DNA from: Deltaproteobacteria bacterium
GTDB lineage: Bacteria > Myxococcota_A > UBA9042 > DTJE01
NCBI GenBank assembly: GCA_013151875.1
Contig: JAADHL010000179.1
Location: 1-37,554 of the forward strand
Reading direction: 5' to 3'
DNA length: 37,554 nt
Shown here: piece after piece, positions 8,466 to 18,206 of the stretch
Numbering within the stretch: the first letter of the stretch is position 1
How the letters are laid out: each line of letters starts with the position of its first letter
Made by a program: the position numbers and the translations under genes
The notes under the pieces: model-generated
Told to the model about the DNA's origin: nothing
Database searches by the model: none
What the model saw: the letters and a program-made list of their open reading frames with translations, nothing else

Positions 8466-9428
8466 CTACAGCCATCCCACTTCATGGGCAACGACGTATC
8501 CAGCAAGGGTTACCAGGAAGCTGACGGTGGGCGTCGAGATCCAGGCAAGCAGGATGTTGCGCAGGGTGCGGCGGTTGACGGTGCGGGCCCCTTTCACGAT
8601 GCCTATGCCCAGGACCCCTCCCACGACCGCCTGGCTGGTGGACACAGGGACGCCCAGCACGGCGTAGGCGTGGACCGTAACGCCCTCGGCCAGGATCACG
8701 ATGAACGCGCTGTATGCGTCGAGTTTGACCAGGCCGCGTCCCACGGTCATCATTACACCGCGACTGAAGGTCAGGCTCCCGGCCGCGATGGCCAGGCCCC
8801 CAACCAGGCAGGCGGCCGGCACAGACAGCATCCCTGGTCCGGTGAAAGGTCCCGTCACGTTGGCTACATTGTTGGCGCCCAGCGCGTATGCCCCGTAAGA
8901 GCCCGCGACTATCTGGGCCATGCGTAAAAGGCGGTCATACTGAAACACGTTCAGGGCCAGCCTGTTCATCAACTGCCCGATCACCACGTACAGGACCACT
9001 GCCGCCACGAGGGCCCCTATTGGAGTGCCCACCCAGCAGGCGACTACCTTGCCCAGGACGTCTAATTGCACGTTGGCGGTTGTCGCGGTCCCCACCAACA
9101 CCGGGGCCGTGCCGATCGCGATAAGAGCGCCCACCACGGCCTGGCTGGTGGATACCGGAAGCCTGAGAGAGGTCATCCCGGTCACGGTGAGCGCGGCGCC
9201 CAGACCCACCAGGAAAGCGGTATCCAGGGACGTGGAGGACAAGGCTGAATAGGTTTTCATGCCCGCGCCGCCTTCGACCAGCGCCCCGATCAAGGCGAAT
9301 ACCGCGCACAACGAAGCGGCGGTCCAGAACCGCAGCATGCGTGAAGACACGGCCGTGCCGAACACGTTGGCAGCGTCGTTGGAGCCCAGAGCCCAGCCCA
9401 TGTAGATCCCGGAAATGATCTGCCACAT
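8466..9428 (-). CDS. pit: inorganic phosphate transporter, PiT (PHO4) family
   Basis: ORF 8466..9428. It carries the duplicated signature GSNDAANVFGTAVSSR / GANNVANVTGPF and is polytopic and hydrophobic throughout. GAGGA lies upstream of the ATG. Confidence 0.9.
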   Translation of the reverse strand: MWQIISGIYMGWALGSNDAANVFGTAVSSRMLRFWTAASLCAVFALIGALVEGGAGMKTYSALSSTSLDTAFLVGLGAALTVTGMTSLRLPVSTSQAVVGALIAIGTAPVLVGTATTANVQLDVLGKVVACWVGTPIGALVAAVVLYVVIGQLMNRLALNVFQYDRLLRMAQIVAGSYGAYALGANNVANVTGPFTGPGMLSVPAACLVGGLAIAAGSLTFSRGVMMTVGRGLVKLDAYSAFIVILAEGVTVHAYAVLGVPVSTSQAVVGGVLGIGIVKGARTVNRRTLRNILLAWISTPTVSFLVTLAGYVVAHEVGWL

Positions 9429-9438
9429 AACCAGGTCC

Positions 9439-10086
9439 TCAGATGCGACGCTTCAGGGCGATGATCTCGATCCGGTAAGCCACGCGCTCGGCGTTGTCGG
9501 ATATGTCGCCTACCCGTTCGATAAGCTCCCGCAGCAGGATCCGATCCGACTTGTCCGTGTCGGAATCGTAGATCGAGGTTATCAGTGCCCGCTCGATCCT
9601 GTCCGATTCGCTTTCCTTCTCGTCGACCGGTTTCACGGCGGCGCCTACCGTGTCCGGATTGGCCAGCAGGCGATCCACGGCCTCGCGGACCTGGTGATAG
9701 GCATCCATGTTGCAGTCCAGCAGCCTGGAAAAATCGGGCCTGAACTGGGGCGGAACCTGGATCTTCTGGGTCACGATCATGAAGGTGACCGTTTCCGCCA
9801 GGTTGGGCATCTTGTCGAAGCTTTCCAGCAGCCCCAGGATGTCTCCGCGGGACTCCGGGAGCAGGGAATGGCTGTACATCATCTTTTCGATCTCGACCCT
9901 CAGGTCGTCGGCGCGTGACTCCGATGCGTGAATGCGGCCGTCGGCCTCGCGCAGTTTGTCGCAGATCCCATCTTTCAGGTAGCTTTTGAACGCGGCGTCG
10001 AACGCGTCCAATGTCTCATCGGCCACACGGAAGTACTCGTCGATCAGTTGGCGGACCTCTTTTTCTCTTTTGAAGAACAGGGACAT
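9439..10086 (-). CDS. DUF47 / PhoU-like phosphate transport regulator (Pit accessory protein)
   Basis: ORF 9439..10086, 10 nt upstream of pit in the same orientation, which is the classic pairing. The protein is a helical bundle of about 215 aa starting MSLFFKREKEV, typical of the TIGR00153/DUF47 family. GGAGGAGG lies upstream of the ATG. Confidence 0.85.
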   Translation of the reverse strand: MSLFFKREKEVRQLIDEYFRVADETLDAFDAAFKSYLKDGICDKLREADGRIHASESRADDLRVEIEKMMYSHSLLPESRGDILGLLESFDKMPNLAETVTFMIVTQKIQVPPQFRPDFSRLLDCNMDAYHQVREAVDRLLANPDTVGAAVKPVDEKESESDRIERALITSIYDSDTDKSDRILLRELIERVGDISDNAERVAYRIEIIALKRRI

Positions 10087-10251
10087 GTGCCTCCTCCCTG
10101 GATATCGATGGTGACAGTGCCCTTGGCCCCCGGGTCGTGCGGCGCATCCGGGCCCGACCGAGCGAAACGATTGTACATTAACCCATCATGATTATGATAA
10201 TTTCGAGGTGCGATCGCGCATGAGTCGTCGTTGAAGCGGCGATCGGGCGAC

Positions 10252-10283
10252 GAAATGCCAGGTGCCGGAACGCCAGGTGCCGG
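10252..10283. repeat. 15-bp-period direct repeat (GCCAGGTGCCGG x2) in a divergent promoter region
   Basis: gaaatGCCAGGTGCCGgaac-GCCAGGTGCCGgtaggaac. The two identical 12-mers are at 10257..10268 and 10272..10283, about 55-80 nt upstream of the start of the 10338 gene. Confidence 0.6.
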
Positions 10284-10337
10284 TAGGAACAGTTTGGCGG
10301 ACAGATACCACGCCGTCGGAATGGGGCTTTGTCAGGC

Positions 10338-11087
10338 ATGCGACATGACAGGACACTCGAGGAACTTTGGAACACTATTCCGGCGAGCCACGAGGTGTTT
10401 GACCCTGGTTCCATTGAAGGGCTTCCCCCTACGGCCCGCCGCTACCTTACCCACGCTCTCGCTCCGGGCGCAAAACTCTCGACCTGCGCGCGACTGAAGA
10501 TGTCGGGCACGATCAAGCTCGACCCTGGGTGGTGCGAATTCGTAGCTGAACAGGTCATTAGATGGGACCGTGGGTTCGTTTGGTCCGCGCGAGCGAAGGT
10601 AAACGGACTACCCGTCGTTGGATTTGATAGGCTTGTCGATGGCCATGGAGCCATGCGCTGGAAACTCCTCGGTCTTTTCCCTGTGATGAAAGCCGACGGT
10701 CGGGATATTGCTCGGGCTGCTGCAGGGCGCCTGCACGCAGAGGCGATCTGGCTTCCCGCTGTTCTGCTCGGTTCCGACGTCGTCTGGACCGACACAGATC
10801 AGAACCACACCACCGCCACAATCAACGCACATGGGGAACGCTCGGAACTCGACATCCAGATAGACGAAGACGGCCGGGTCCGAAGTTGTTGTCTTCAGCG
10901 CTGGGGTGACATGAACACCGGCGAGTTTTCTTTTCATCCGTTCGGCGGACTGGTTGAATCAGAACACACTTTCGAAGGCATCACGATCCCGACTCGACAT
11001 CGCGTCGGTTGGCTTTTCGGCACATCGCGTTTCGAGGACGAAGGCGAGTTTTTTCGCTGCATTCTTGAAGATGTTCAGTTCCGCTAG
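10338..11087 (+). CDS. conserved hypothetical protein (about 250 aa, soluble)
   Basis: ORF 10329..11087 (TTG at 10329, first ATG at 10338). Coding-like composition, with no motif I can name confidently. The start is uncertain. Confidence 0.6.
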   Translation: MRHDRTLEELWNTIPASHEVFDPGSIEGLPPTARRYLTHALAPGAKLSTCARLKMSGTIKLDPGWCEFVAEQVIRWDRGFVWSARAKVNGLPVVGFDRLVDGHGAMRWKLLGLFPVMKADGRDIARAAAGRLHAEAIWLPAVLLGSDVVWTDTDQNHTTATINAHGERSELDIQIDEDGRVRSCCLQRWGDMNTGEFSFHPFGGLVESEHTFEGITIPTRHRVGWLFGTSRFEDEGEFFRCILEDVQFR

Positions 11088-11120
11088 ACCATTCCAACTT
11101 TTGTCACGAGAGGTGTTCGG

Positions 11121-11741
11121 ATGAGCAGCAGATTTGACGAGGCGGCCGGGACCTGGGACGCCAGCGCGAGGCGGCGCGAGCTGGCCGGGGCCATTGGAAA
11201 GGCGATAGAGGCGGCGATTGCTCTGGACCAGGACATGGATCTGCTGGACGTGGGGGCCGGGACCGGGCTTCTGACCGGGGGGATCTGCGCGCGCGTGCGC
11301 TCGATTACGGCGCTGGACGATTCCGGCGGAATGATCGATGAATTGCGCGAGAAATCACGAAACTGGAGTGGCTGCCGGGTCGTCCCCATCAAGGCCGACA
11401 TCATGACGTTTCGCACTGATCAACGATTTCACGGGATCGTAAGTTCAATGACAATGCACCATATCAGGGACACTGACGCGTTTTTCGTAAAACTCGCGTC
11501 ACTGCTGGAACCGGGCGGCTTCGTGGCCATCGCGGACCTGGCCGACGACGACGGCACCTTCCATGAACACGGAAACGAAGGGGTCTGCCACTTCGGCTTT
11601 CCCCGGGAGGATCTGGATAGAGTCGCGCGTGGCGCGGGGTTCACCGGATGTTGCTGGGAAGTGGTCCACACCATCCGTAAGGAGGGCAGGGGCAGGTCCT
11701 ACGACGTGTTCCTGTTCACGGCCCGGCTTGAACCCGTGTAA
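11121..11741 (+). CDS. class I SAM-dependent methyltransferase
   Basis: ORF 11121..11741. Motif I is LLDVGAGTGLLT, followed by an acidic post-I residue (ITALDDSGGM) and LEPGGFVAIADL (motif IV-like). Confidence 0.8.
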   Translation: MSSRFDEAAGTWDASARRRELAGAIGKAIEAAIALDQDMDLLDVGAGTGLLTGGICARVRSITALDDSGGMIDELREKSRNWSGCRVVPIKADIMTFRTDQRFHGIVSSMTMHHIRDTDAFFVKLASLLEPGGFVAIADLADDDGTFHEHGNEGVCHFGFPREDLDRVARGAGFTGCCWEVVHTIRKEGRGRSYDVFLFTARLEPV

Positions 11742-11864
11742 CGATGGCATATTGACCCGGAAACTGATTTTGGGCCCGGTTTTTGCGGGTTACCTTCATG
11801 TCCAGGGGATTGAATAACAGGCCATGACGGGGCAGGATGTAGAGGATCAGTAGTGGAGGCCAGC

Positions 11865-12557
11865 ATGCCGAACGAAGGTGTCGAACAGATTGTCAATCGT
11901 CAGGTCGAGGTATGGAACAAAGAGCGCCGAACGCGGGATTCGGCCGGGTTGCAGGGGGATCTGAGGCCTTGCATCACGATCTCGCGGGAGTTCGGCTCCC
12001 TGGGGGCAAAGGTCGGCGAACAGGTCGCTGAGCGCCTGGGTTTTACGTTCGATGACCAGGACGTGATCACCCGCATTGCCGAAACAGAGCACGTACGCCG
12101 CGCTGTCCTGGAATCCGTTGACGAACGGGTGCGCGACCGGATGACCGAATGGATTGCCGAGCAATTCGGCGGTGGAAGGCTGACGTCGTCCAGGTTCCTG
12201 AAGGCCCTGACCAGCGTGATTCTGACGATCGGCCATCACGGAAAGGCGGTCATAATCGGTCGAGGGTCCCAGTTTCTCTTGAAACCAGAAAAGACCCTGC
12301 GCGTGCGGGCCTATGCCCCAACCGCGTTCAGGATCCAGCAGATCATGGCCGGCCGGGGCCTGTCCCGCAGTGAGGCGGAAGCCTTGGTCGACGAGGTGGA
12401 CAACCAACGACGGGACTTCTACGCAGAGCACTTCAACAAGGATTGGGCCGACCCCGGACACTACGATCTGCTCGTCAACATGGCGACGTACTCGGTGGAA
12501 CACGCGACGCAGATAGTGGTCGAGGCCTTCAATCTGCGATTCGGCCTACACGGGTGA
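11865..12557 (+). CDS. cytidylate kinase-like family (AAA/P-loop-like) protein
   Basis: ORF 11853..12557. ATG at 11865 is preceded by GGAGG with 5-nt spacing. The N-terminal ITISREFGSLGAKVGEQVAERLGFTFDDQDVI is typical of the Cytidylate_kin2-type family. Confidence 0.7.
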   Translation: MPNEGVEQIVNRQVEVWNKERRTRDSAGLQGDLRPCITISREFGSLGAKVGEQVAERLGFTFDDQDVITRIAETEHVRRAVLESVDERVRDRMTEWIAEQFGGGRLTSSRFLKALTSVILTIGHHGKAVIIGRGSQFLLKPEKTLRVRAYAPTAFRIQQIMAGRGLSRSEAEALVDEVDNQRRDFYAEHFNKDWADPGHYDLLVNMATYSVEHATQIVVEAFNLRFGLHG

Positions 12558-12570
12558 ATCCGGCGGGCGC

Positions 12571-14862
12571 TCAGTCGCCTTTGTCGTCAACAGGACCGTC
12601 CAGCAGGTAAAAACCGATTTCGAAGGGGCCGTCGACCCTTCCATAGGAAAACAGACCAGGGTCCAACCTTCCGTGGAGGGTGCGTGTCACGATGGGTTTG
12701 AGGACGTGGTCCCTGGCCGCCTCCATGCATTCGGGCCGCATCGGGCCGGTGGGCATTTGATCCTGGCTTTCTGGAAAGGTGTTGAAATAACAGCTCATAC
12801 CCAAATAGACGATCACATGGTGTTTCGGTGAAACGGCCTTTCGGTCGCCGGTCACTACTGAACCCAGGTCCACGGGTTCGAGCAGTTTTCCGGAACTCCA
12901 GATCAGGTCCACCGGAAAGGATCCGTACATATCCAGGCCGGCCAATTGCCAGCGGGGACCGTCGGGCAGGGTCGGCAACGCCTCTCTGATGAATCGCCAT
13001 TCCTGCTGGGACGCCATCATCTCAGTCACGAAACGGGCGTGCGTAAAGACCCCGGTCATCGGTGCGATCATGACCGCGGCCATCGCGATTTTGCGCAGGA
13101 AGGTCCTGCCGGTTCGCCAGTCAACGACGATCTGGAACGCCCCGGCAGCCACCATGGCGTGAAGAGGCGTTGAAAGGAGCTGGGATCGAAGATTGAACAG
13201 CGGGTTGTCGAACAGCAGTAAGGACCCGCCAGTCAGCAGCGCGACCGAAATCACGACCCACAGAGTCGCGCCGATCCGGTGCGTAAGCCCCCAGTAGAGC
13301 CCAAGCCCCCAAAGGACCCATAGCGCGACCGGAGTCGAAGCCGAATCGAACCAGACGATACCGCTAATTCCACGAAAACCGAGTTGGGGGCCGGCAACGA
13401 CGCGCGCCCTGAACTCAATAAACTGAAAGACAATCAGGGCGATCAGGACGAGTGCTCCCAGCAGGACCCTCCGGTCCTTCACGATGGATGGGATCTGTCC
13501 TGGTCGCGTCAGGGCCACGGCCAGGATTGCCATCACCGGGGCCGCCATGCCCTCCGGCCTCGACTGCGTCGCCAGGAACAGGGCAAGCAGCGCGGCCAGC
13601 AGTGTCGACAGGTTGCGCTTGTCCACGAACAGGATCACCAAAGCCACGGACCAGACAATGAACAGGGTCGCCGGCACATGGAGAACCTCCGAGCTGGAGT
13701 AACGGAGGTGCTGGGGCAGAAGGCACAGGACGAAACCCGCGAAAAGCGCCCTCGGCCAGCGACGAAACAGAGCGAAGTCCAGGGCAATCACGGCCCCCAG
13801 GGTCAGTGTGGACAGGACGGCGTTGGTCGCGAAGATGGCCTTTTCCTCGCCCCCGAAGGTCCTGTTTACGGCGGCGTACAGGACGGGACCGACGTCTCCG
13901 TACGGCAGGCTGACGTCCGCGAAGAGCCACCTGAATGGGGCCGAATAGTGGAAGAACTCGTGGATGAAGGCCCATGGGGACAAAGTCAGCCTGAGAATGA
14001 ATCCCAGGCACAGGATTCCAGCCACGCACGCCCATATCCAAAACGGCGGCGGAGCCTGCCTGATCAGGTCCCGCAGGATCCACAGCGTCGCCAGGGCCAG
14101 CGCCAGGATCATCGCCAGCAACGCCCAGTCGTAGATCAACCTGGGGTTTGGTCTGGGCTCGAACCTGTCCCTGGACACCAGTGCGCGGGCCAGGGCCTCT
14201 ACAGCGCCCTCATGTCCTTCAAGAGCCGAATCATCGGGCGGCGAACTTTTCAGCAGACAGTAGTTTTTCGTGGAAGCCATGCAGTCGCCACGTCTACCGG
14301 GCGGCACAGGGAAGATTATCGGCACCTTGACGGCGCGTCCGTTGCCGGAAAGCCGGATCGACAGGATCGCCGCTCCGGCCGGATACGTCCATGAATACCC
14401 TTTTACGACCCACCCGGCCTCCAGGTTTTCCCCGATCCTCAACGGTAGACGGCGTGTTTCGAGGGTGCGCCATATCCTGGTGCCGTCCATGCCCTCCAGT
14501 ACCGCCTTGAGCGATGCAATGATATCCGCGTCGGGCCGGGCCTTCGGCCATGTCACGCACCACGGGCCGGCCACGACGCCGTCGCAGCCCGTCAAGGGGT
14601 CCTGAAGCAATACTGAAAAGCACTGCTTGTCCGCGGTCGTACGACAGATGATGACATCATTATGGTCACGTCCGAACGACGCGCCCTGCAATCGTAGATC
14701 AGACGGTAGGCGCTTCAGTGCCCGGCCGATCTGTTCGCTCGCCTGTCTGGGAATGATCCTCCTGACGAATTCACCGTCATGGCCGCAGCCCGTCACCGTC
14801 ATCAGGATCATCAATCCAAGCGCTGCCCAAAGTCCCGCGCGCTCGGCGCCCGACATCACCAT
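12571..14862 (-). CDS. large polytopic membrane lipoprotein, candidate GT-C-fold (YfhO/ArnT/PMT-like) glycosyltransferase
   Basis: ORF 12571..14862 (ATG at 14862 or 14856; the latter overlaps the upstream stop as TGATG and has better GGAGG spacing). The N-terminal lipobox is LMTVTGC, followed by an extracytoplasmic domain of about 230 aa, about 11-12 hydrophobic helices and a soluble C-terminal domain of about 190 aa. It is the last gene of an operon with GtrA and a polyprenyl-phosphate-type GT2. The fold assignment is inferred from architecture and context only. Confidence 0.5.
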   Translation of the reverse strand: MVMSGAERAGLWAALGLMILMTVTGCGHDGEFVRRIIPRQASEQIGRALKRLPSDLRLQGASFGRDHNDVIICRTTADKQCFSVLLQDPLTGCDGVVAGPWCVTWPKARPDADIIASLKAVLEGMDGTRIWRTLETRRLPLRIGENLEAGWVVKGYSWTYPAGAAILSIRLSGNGRAVKVPIIFPVPPGRRGDCMASTKNYCLLKSSPPDDSALEGHEGAVEALARALVSRDRFEPRPNPRLIYDWALLAMILALALATLWILRDLIRQAPPPFWIWACVAGILCLGFILRLTLSPWAFIHEFFHYSAPFRWLFADVSLPYGDVGPVLYAAVNRTFGGEEKAIFATNAVLSTLTLGAVIALDFALFRRWPRALFAGFVLCLLPQHLRYSSSEVLHVPATLFIVWSVALVILFVDKRNLSTLLAALLALFLATQSRPEGMAAPVMAILAVALTRPGQIPSIVKDRRVLLGALVLIALIVFQFIEFRARVVAGPQLGFRGISGIVWFDSASTPVALWVLWGLGLYWGLTHRIGATLWVVISVALLTGGSLLLFDNPLFNLRSQLLSTPLHAMVAAGAFQIVVDWRTGRTFLRKIAMAAVMIAPMTGVFTHARFVTEMMASQQEWRFIREALPTLPDGPRWQLAGLDMYGSFPVDLIWSSGKLLEPVDLGSVVTGDRKAVSPKHHVIVYLGMSCYFNTFPESQDQMPTGPMRPECMEAARDHVLKPIVTRTLHGRLDPGLFSYGRVDGPFEIGFYLLDGPVDDKGD

Positions 14863-15488
14863 GCCTCCGGATGGCGGGTGCAGATGGCCTGGGCAAGTGG
14901 GAGCAGGTCACCAAACGCCGCGATGGCATGGACGGGCGCGCCCTGCAGCTCCGGCGAGACCAGGCATACCTTGAAGCCCTCGCCAGCGCGTTGAAGGAGT
15001 TCGCGGGACACCGGCAACCCGTGGAAGCAGTCCACCCAGAGCCAGCGGACCCGGCCGCGAAACGCATCAAGCAGTTCAGGCGGCTCGTACCTGGACAGCC
15101 TTACGGCAAATCGTTCCTCGCCTTGCCGTACCGTCCAGTGCACCAGGGTGGGCATCTGCGAATCCAGAAAGAACCAGTCTTCCAGGCCATGGTCCCGAAG
15201 CAGACGCATGACGACCGGCTCGACCCCGTCCACCTTGACATTGAGCACGATGGGACCCTTTAGGCCCAGCGCCGTGAACCGGTCCAGCCAGGCGTCGAAC
15301 GGATCGCCGGTTTCCCAGGGATCGTGCGCCAGGATGATGGAGCCTTTGCCGTCACCTGTCCTCAGGTCGATTTCAACGCCATGAGACGGGTCCACACCGC
15401 CCAGGTCCTTGATCCGGTTGACCCGATGGCGGATGAAGACGGGGTTGCTGCGGGCGGTCTTTTCACGATCTGATTGCCCTGCGTCCAT
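14856..15488 (-). CDS. glycerophosphodiester phosphodiesterase-like (GDPD / PI-PLC X-domain superfamily) protein
   Basis: ORF 14856..15488. FIRHRVN...GVEIDLRTGDGKGSIILAHDP matches the HR...E-x-D...HD pattern of GDPD-like enzymes. Confidence 0.55.
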   Translation of the reverse strand: MDAGQSDREKTARSNPVFIRHRVNRIKDLGGVDPSHGVEIDLRTGDGKGSIILAHDPWETGDPFDAWLDRFTALGLKGPIVLNVKVDGVEPVVMRLLRDHGLEDWFFLDSQMPTLVHWTVRQGEERFAVRLSRYEPPELLDAFRGRVRWLWVDCFHGLPVSRELLQRAGEGFKVCLVSPELQGAPVHAIAAFGDLLPLAQAICTRHPEAW

Positions 15489-15494
15489 GATGGC

Positions 15495-16214
15495 CTAGCC
15501 TTTTAGTCTGCGTTTCAAACCGGCGCTGTATTTGAGCGTGCGTAGGATGAATTTCCACTTGGAGCGCCAATCCACGTTCCATTTGGAATGGCCGTGAATC
15601 CGTTTGGGGAACCGCACGGGAAACCTGATCACGTCCAATCCCCGCTTCCGGGCGAGCACGAACGCGTACAGGTCCAATGAAAAGTCGTGAGGCGGGTCCT
15701 CCCAGGATTCAAAAAAGCTCCGGTGGAACAAGTTCGGCTGGGCATTGATGTCCCGCAGGTTCACGCCCAGATACAGCGATTCGAACAGACCCATGCCCAG
15801 CGTGAAGAACACATCGGAAACGGGGCGACCTTTGCGGTTTCCCTTGACGAACGACCTTTGCGGTTCCGGAGCGCTTTCGATGAGTCGCAGGGCCTTGATG
15901 GTGTCTTTGGGGTCGGTCTGCATGTCCGCGTGGGTCCAGCCCAGGAACTCTCCGTTGGCCTCTTGCAGGCCGCTCAGGATGCCGAATCCGTAGCCCTGAT
16001 TGACATCCACTCGAACGGTTCGTGCAAACGGGTATCCGGCAAGCAGGTCCCGCAGGACTTCCGGCGTGTCGTCCGTGGAGCCGTTGTCCACCAGGACCAC
16101 CTCGATATCTTTACTTTCCACCTCTTTGTCGCCCACGACTTCGCCGAACCTGTCGAGGATCAGCGGAATGTTCCTAGCCTCGTTGTAGCAGGGGATGACC
16201 ACGGACAGTTTCAT
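15495..16214 (-). CDS. family 2 glycosyltransferase, polyprenyl-phosphate sugar synthase type (DPM1/CsbB/GtrB-like, soluble form)
   Basis: Internal start of ORF 15495..16562. ATG at 16214 gives MKLSVVIPCYNEARNIP, followed by VLVDNGSTDDT, GYGFGILSGL and THADMQTDP. The start overlaps the GtrA stop (ATGA at 16211..16214). Confidence 0.85.
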   Translation of the reverse strand: MKLSVVIPCYNEARNIPLILDRFGEVVGDKEVESKDIEVVLVDNGSTDDTPEVLRDLLAGYPFARTVRVDVNQGYGFGILSGLQEANGEFLGWTHADMQTDPKDTIKALRLIESAPEPQRSFVKGNRKGRPVSDVFFTLGMGLFESLYLGVNLRDINAQPNLFHRSFFESWEDPPHDFSLDLYAFVLARKRGLDVIRFPVRFPKRIHGHSKWNVDWRSKWKFILRTLKYSAGLKRRLKG

Positions 16215-16633
16215 TGTGATTTGCCTCTGAATACCCAGAACTTCTGGCCCAGAAAGTTCAGGACCGTAGAACACCCGGTGGCCACCACGAAGGCCGGGAT
16301 CGTGGCGCCCTCGAACAGCATCAGGACCAGGTGGTTCATGCCCACGTTGACGCCCAGGGCGGCCGTGTACAGCGCGAAAAAGGACCCCATTTCGACGAAT
16401 GACCTTTGTCTCGATCCGAAGGTCCAGAACTTGTTCACCACATAGGCTACCAGTGTTCCGGTGACGAACGACGCGAATTTGGGTCCGTCGTGCCCCATGT
16501 CCCGCCCGACCATGGAAACGAGCAGGAAATAGACCAGGGCGTCCGCGCCGGTGGCGCAGCACCCGGCCACGATGAAACGGCGCACTTGACGAGCTGTGAC
16601 CTGATCAAAACGCTTCGAAGGAAGCCCTTTCAT
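16211..16633 (-). CDS. GtrA-family small membrane protein (candidate lipid-linked sugar flippase)
   Basis: ORF 16211..16633, 140 aa with 4 hydrophobic helices. RRFIVAGCCATGADALVYFLL, YVVNKFWTFG and LNFLGQKFWVF are typical GtrA-like motifs. Confidence 0.85.
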   Translation of the reverse strand: MKGLPSKRFDQVTARQVRRFIVAGCCATGADALVYFLLVSMVGRDMGHDGPKFASFVTGTLVAYVVNKFWTFGSRQRSFVEMGSFFALYTAALGVNVGMNHLVLMLFEGATIPAFVVATGCSTVLNFLGQKFWVFRGKSQ

Positions 16634-16641
16634 TACGTGTC

Positions 16642-17436
16642 TTAATCCGCCCGTTCGCCGTGGTCTCGGAAATCGCGAAGCACCTTTAGGAAATAGGATT
16701 CCCAGTACTCATATGTCCTCAGGTCGTCCGGCGTCCCCCAGCAGACGTAGTGGTCGACTTCGAACACCTTGACCCGAACGCCCGCCTTGATGAGCACCTC
16801 CATGGTCACGTCCACGTAATACTCGCCGTTGGTGCTGAGCCCCTCGGCCATCTGTCGCTTGACCGCGTCGAAAAAGAGGGACGCCTTTCGAAACCAGAAG
16901 GTGCCTACGATGGCATGGTCCTGAAGAGGATTGTCGCTGATTGGGATCTTGCACGAGATGCCCAGGGCATTGTCGTGTTCGTCCGTTCGGACCCATCCGT
17001 ATCCCCGCGGGTTTCGTGAGACTGCGGCGTTGTTCCTGAAGGTCCAGATCATGGCTTCGGTGTCGGGATCGGCCCTGAGGCGATCGAATGATTCGCGGTT
17101 CCACAGCATCGAGTTGTCGCACGCACCGATCGTCAGGGGCGCTTCACTGTCCACGAAGGCCTCGGCCTCCAGACATGTGCATGCCTGTCCCTGGGTCATA
17201 TGGTCCAGCACAACGACCCGGCACCCAGGAAAATGGCTTTCCAGCACGCGGTCCAGACCGAATCGGTCGACGTGGTCCCGTTGGCACACAAATACCATGT
17301 CGGCCGCGCTGGGCAACGCCTTGGTTGCCTGTACCGCCATAGGCAATCCGGACACCGGCAGCAGGGGCTTTGGAAGTTCGTAGCCTTCCCTGGAAAAACG
17401 GACCCCAGCGCCGGCCATGGGAACCAGGATGGTCAT
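16642..17436 (-). CDS. sugar-phosphate nucleotidyltransferase-like protein
   Basis: ORF 16642..17436. N-terminal MTILVPMAGAGVRFSREGYELPKPLLPV (G-x-G-x-R plus K-P-L signature). C-terminal CWGTPDDLRTYEYW resembles the W-x-D-x-GTP-x-D motif region of NDP-sugar pyrophosphorylases. The start overlaps the upstream stop (ATGA). Confidence 0.75.
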   Translation of the reverse strand: MTILVPMAGAGVRFSREGYELPKPLLPVSGLPMAVQATKALPSAADMVFVCQRDHVDRFGLDRVLESHFPGCRVVVLDHMTQGQACTCLEAEAFVDSEAPLTIGACDNSMLWNRESFDRLRADPDTEAMIWTFRNNAAVSRNPRGYGWVRTDEHDNALGISCKIPISDNPLQDHAIVGTFWFRKASLFFDAVKRQMAEGLSTNGEYYVDVTMEVLIKAGVRVKVFEVDHYVCWGTPDDLRTYEYWESYFLKVLRDFRDHGERAD

Positions 17437-18206
17437 GTCTGTCGCCCCCGTACCGCCTTGAAATATTTAGCCCACATGCGATACGCGGCCAAGTGTACCG
17501 GATTGCCCCAATGCAGGAAATAGTCGAGGTCCCAGGTGCGTATGTCCAGGCCGTCATCGATCAACAACTGGACGGCCATGCTCACGTAGACGCCCCCGTC
17601 AAGGGGGACGCACTCGTCCATGGCGCGCCGCATGCAACTGCGGGCGTCCCTCCATCTACGGAACCAGTACGCGCCCGCGGACCAGTGGCCTGATCGCGGG
17701 TCCTTGACAAAGGCATGCTTTTCACGGATTTCGAGCGCCCGCCCCCTGTCGTCGATCCGTAGCCCCGCGTACCGCCCGGGGCCGATCAGGTGGGGGTGAA
17801 ACCCGGAGCAGGTCAGGATGCAGCCGTCGCAGCGGCTTTTTGCGACGAATCGCTTGAATGCGGGGTAGTCCCACCAGGCCGAGAAGTCGCAATGAGACAC
17901 AAGGACAGATTCGTCGTCGTTGATGAACCCGTCCGCTTTCAACACGGTTTCCACGGGTCCCAGGTCATGGCGTTTTACGGCTATGATGGGCGCCCCGGGA
18001 CGCAGCCCGGACAGCACCTTGCCCAGATCGGATCGGTCCAGATGGTCCTTGCGGCACAGGAACACGAAATCGGTTTCGCCCGGATAAAGGTCCACGACGT
18101 GCGATACCATGGGCCGCCCGTCCACCTCGATCATGGGCACTATGTCGGTGTTCTGCGATTCGAGAAACCGATCACCGGGACCGGCCATTGCGATGACGAC
18201 CTTCAT
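17433..18206 (-). CDS. second, divergent nucleotidyltransferase-like protein
   Basis: ORF 17433..18206. MKVVIAMAGPGDRF...IVPMIEVDGRPM, with the same overall length and a similar C-terminal HWGNPVHLAAYRMW as the neighbour. The start overlaps the upstream stop (ATGA). Confidence 0.65.
   Translation of the reverse strand: MKVVIAMAGPGDRFLESQNTDIVPMIEVDGRPMVSHVVDLYPGETDFVFLCRKDHLDRSDLGKVLSGLRPGAPIIAVKRHDLGPVETVLKADGFINDDESVLVSHCDFSAWWDYPAFKRFVAKSRCDGCILTCSGFHPHLIGPGRYAGLRIDDRGRALEIREKHAFVKDPRSGHWSAGAYWFRRWRDARSCMRRAMDECVPLDGGVYVSMAVQLLIDDGLDIRTWDLDYFLHWGNPVHLAAYRMWAKYFKAVRGRQT

Noticed and set aside
11742-11864. The GGGCCCGGTTTTTGCGGG segment after the methyltransferase gene, as a possible terminator or small RNA.
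   Set aside because: Only 4-bp stems can be drawn (CCCG/CGGG) and the T-run is inside the loop and not after the stem. The evidence is insufficient.
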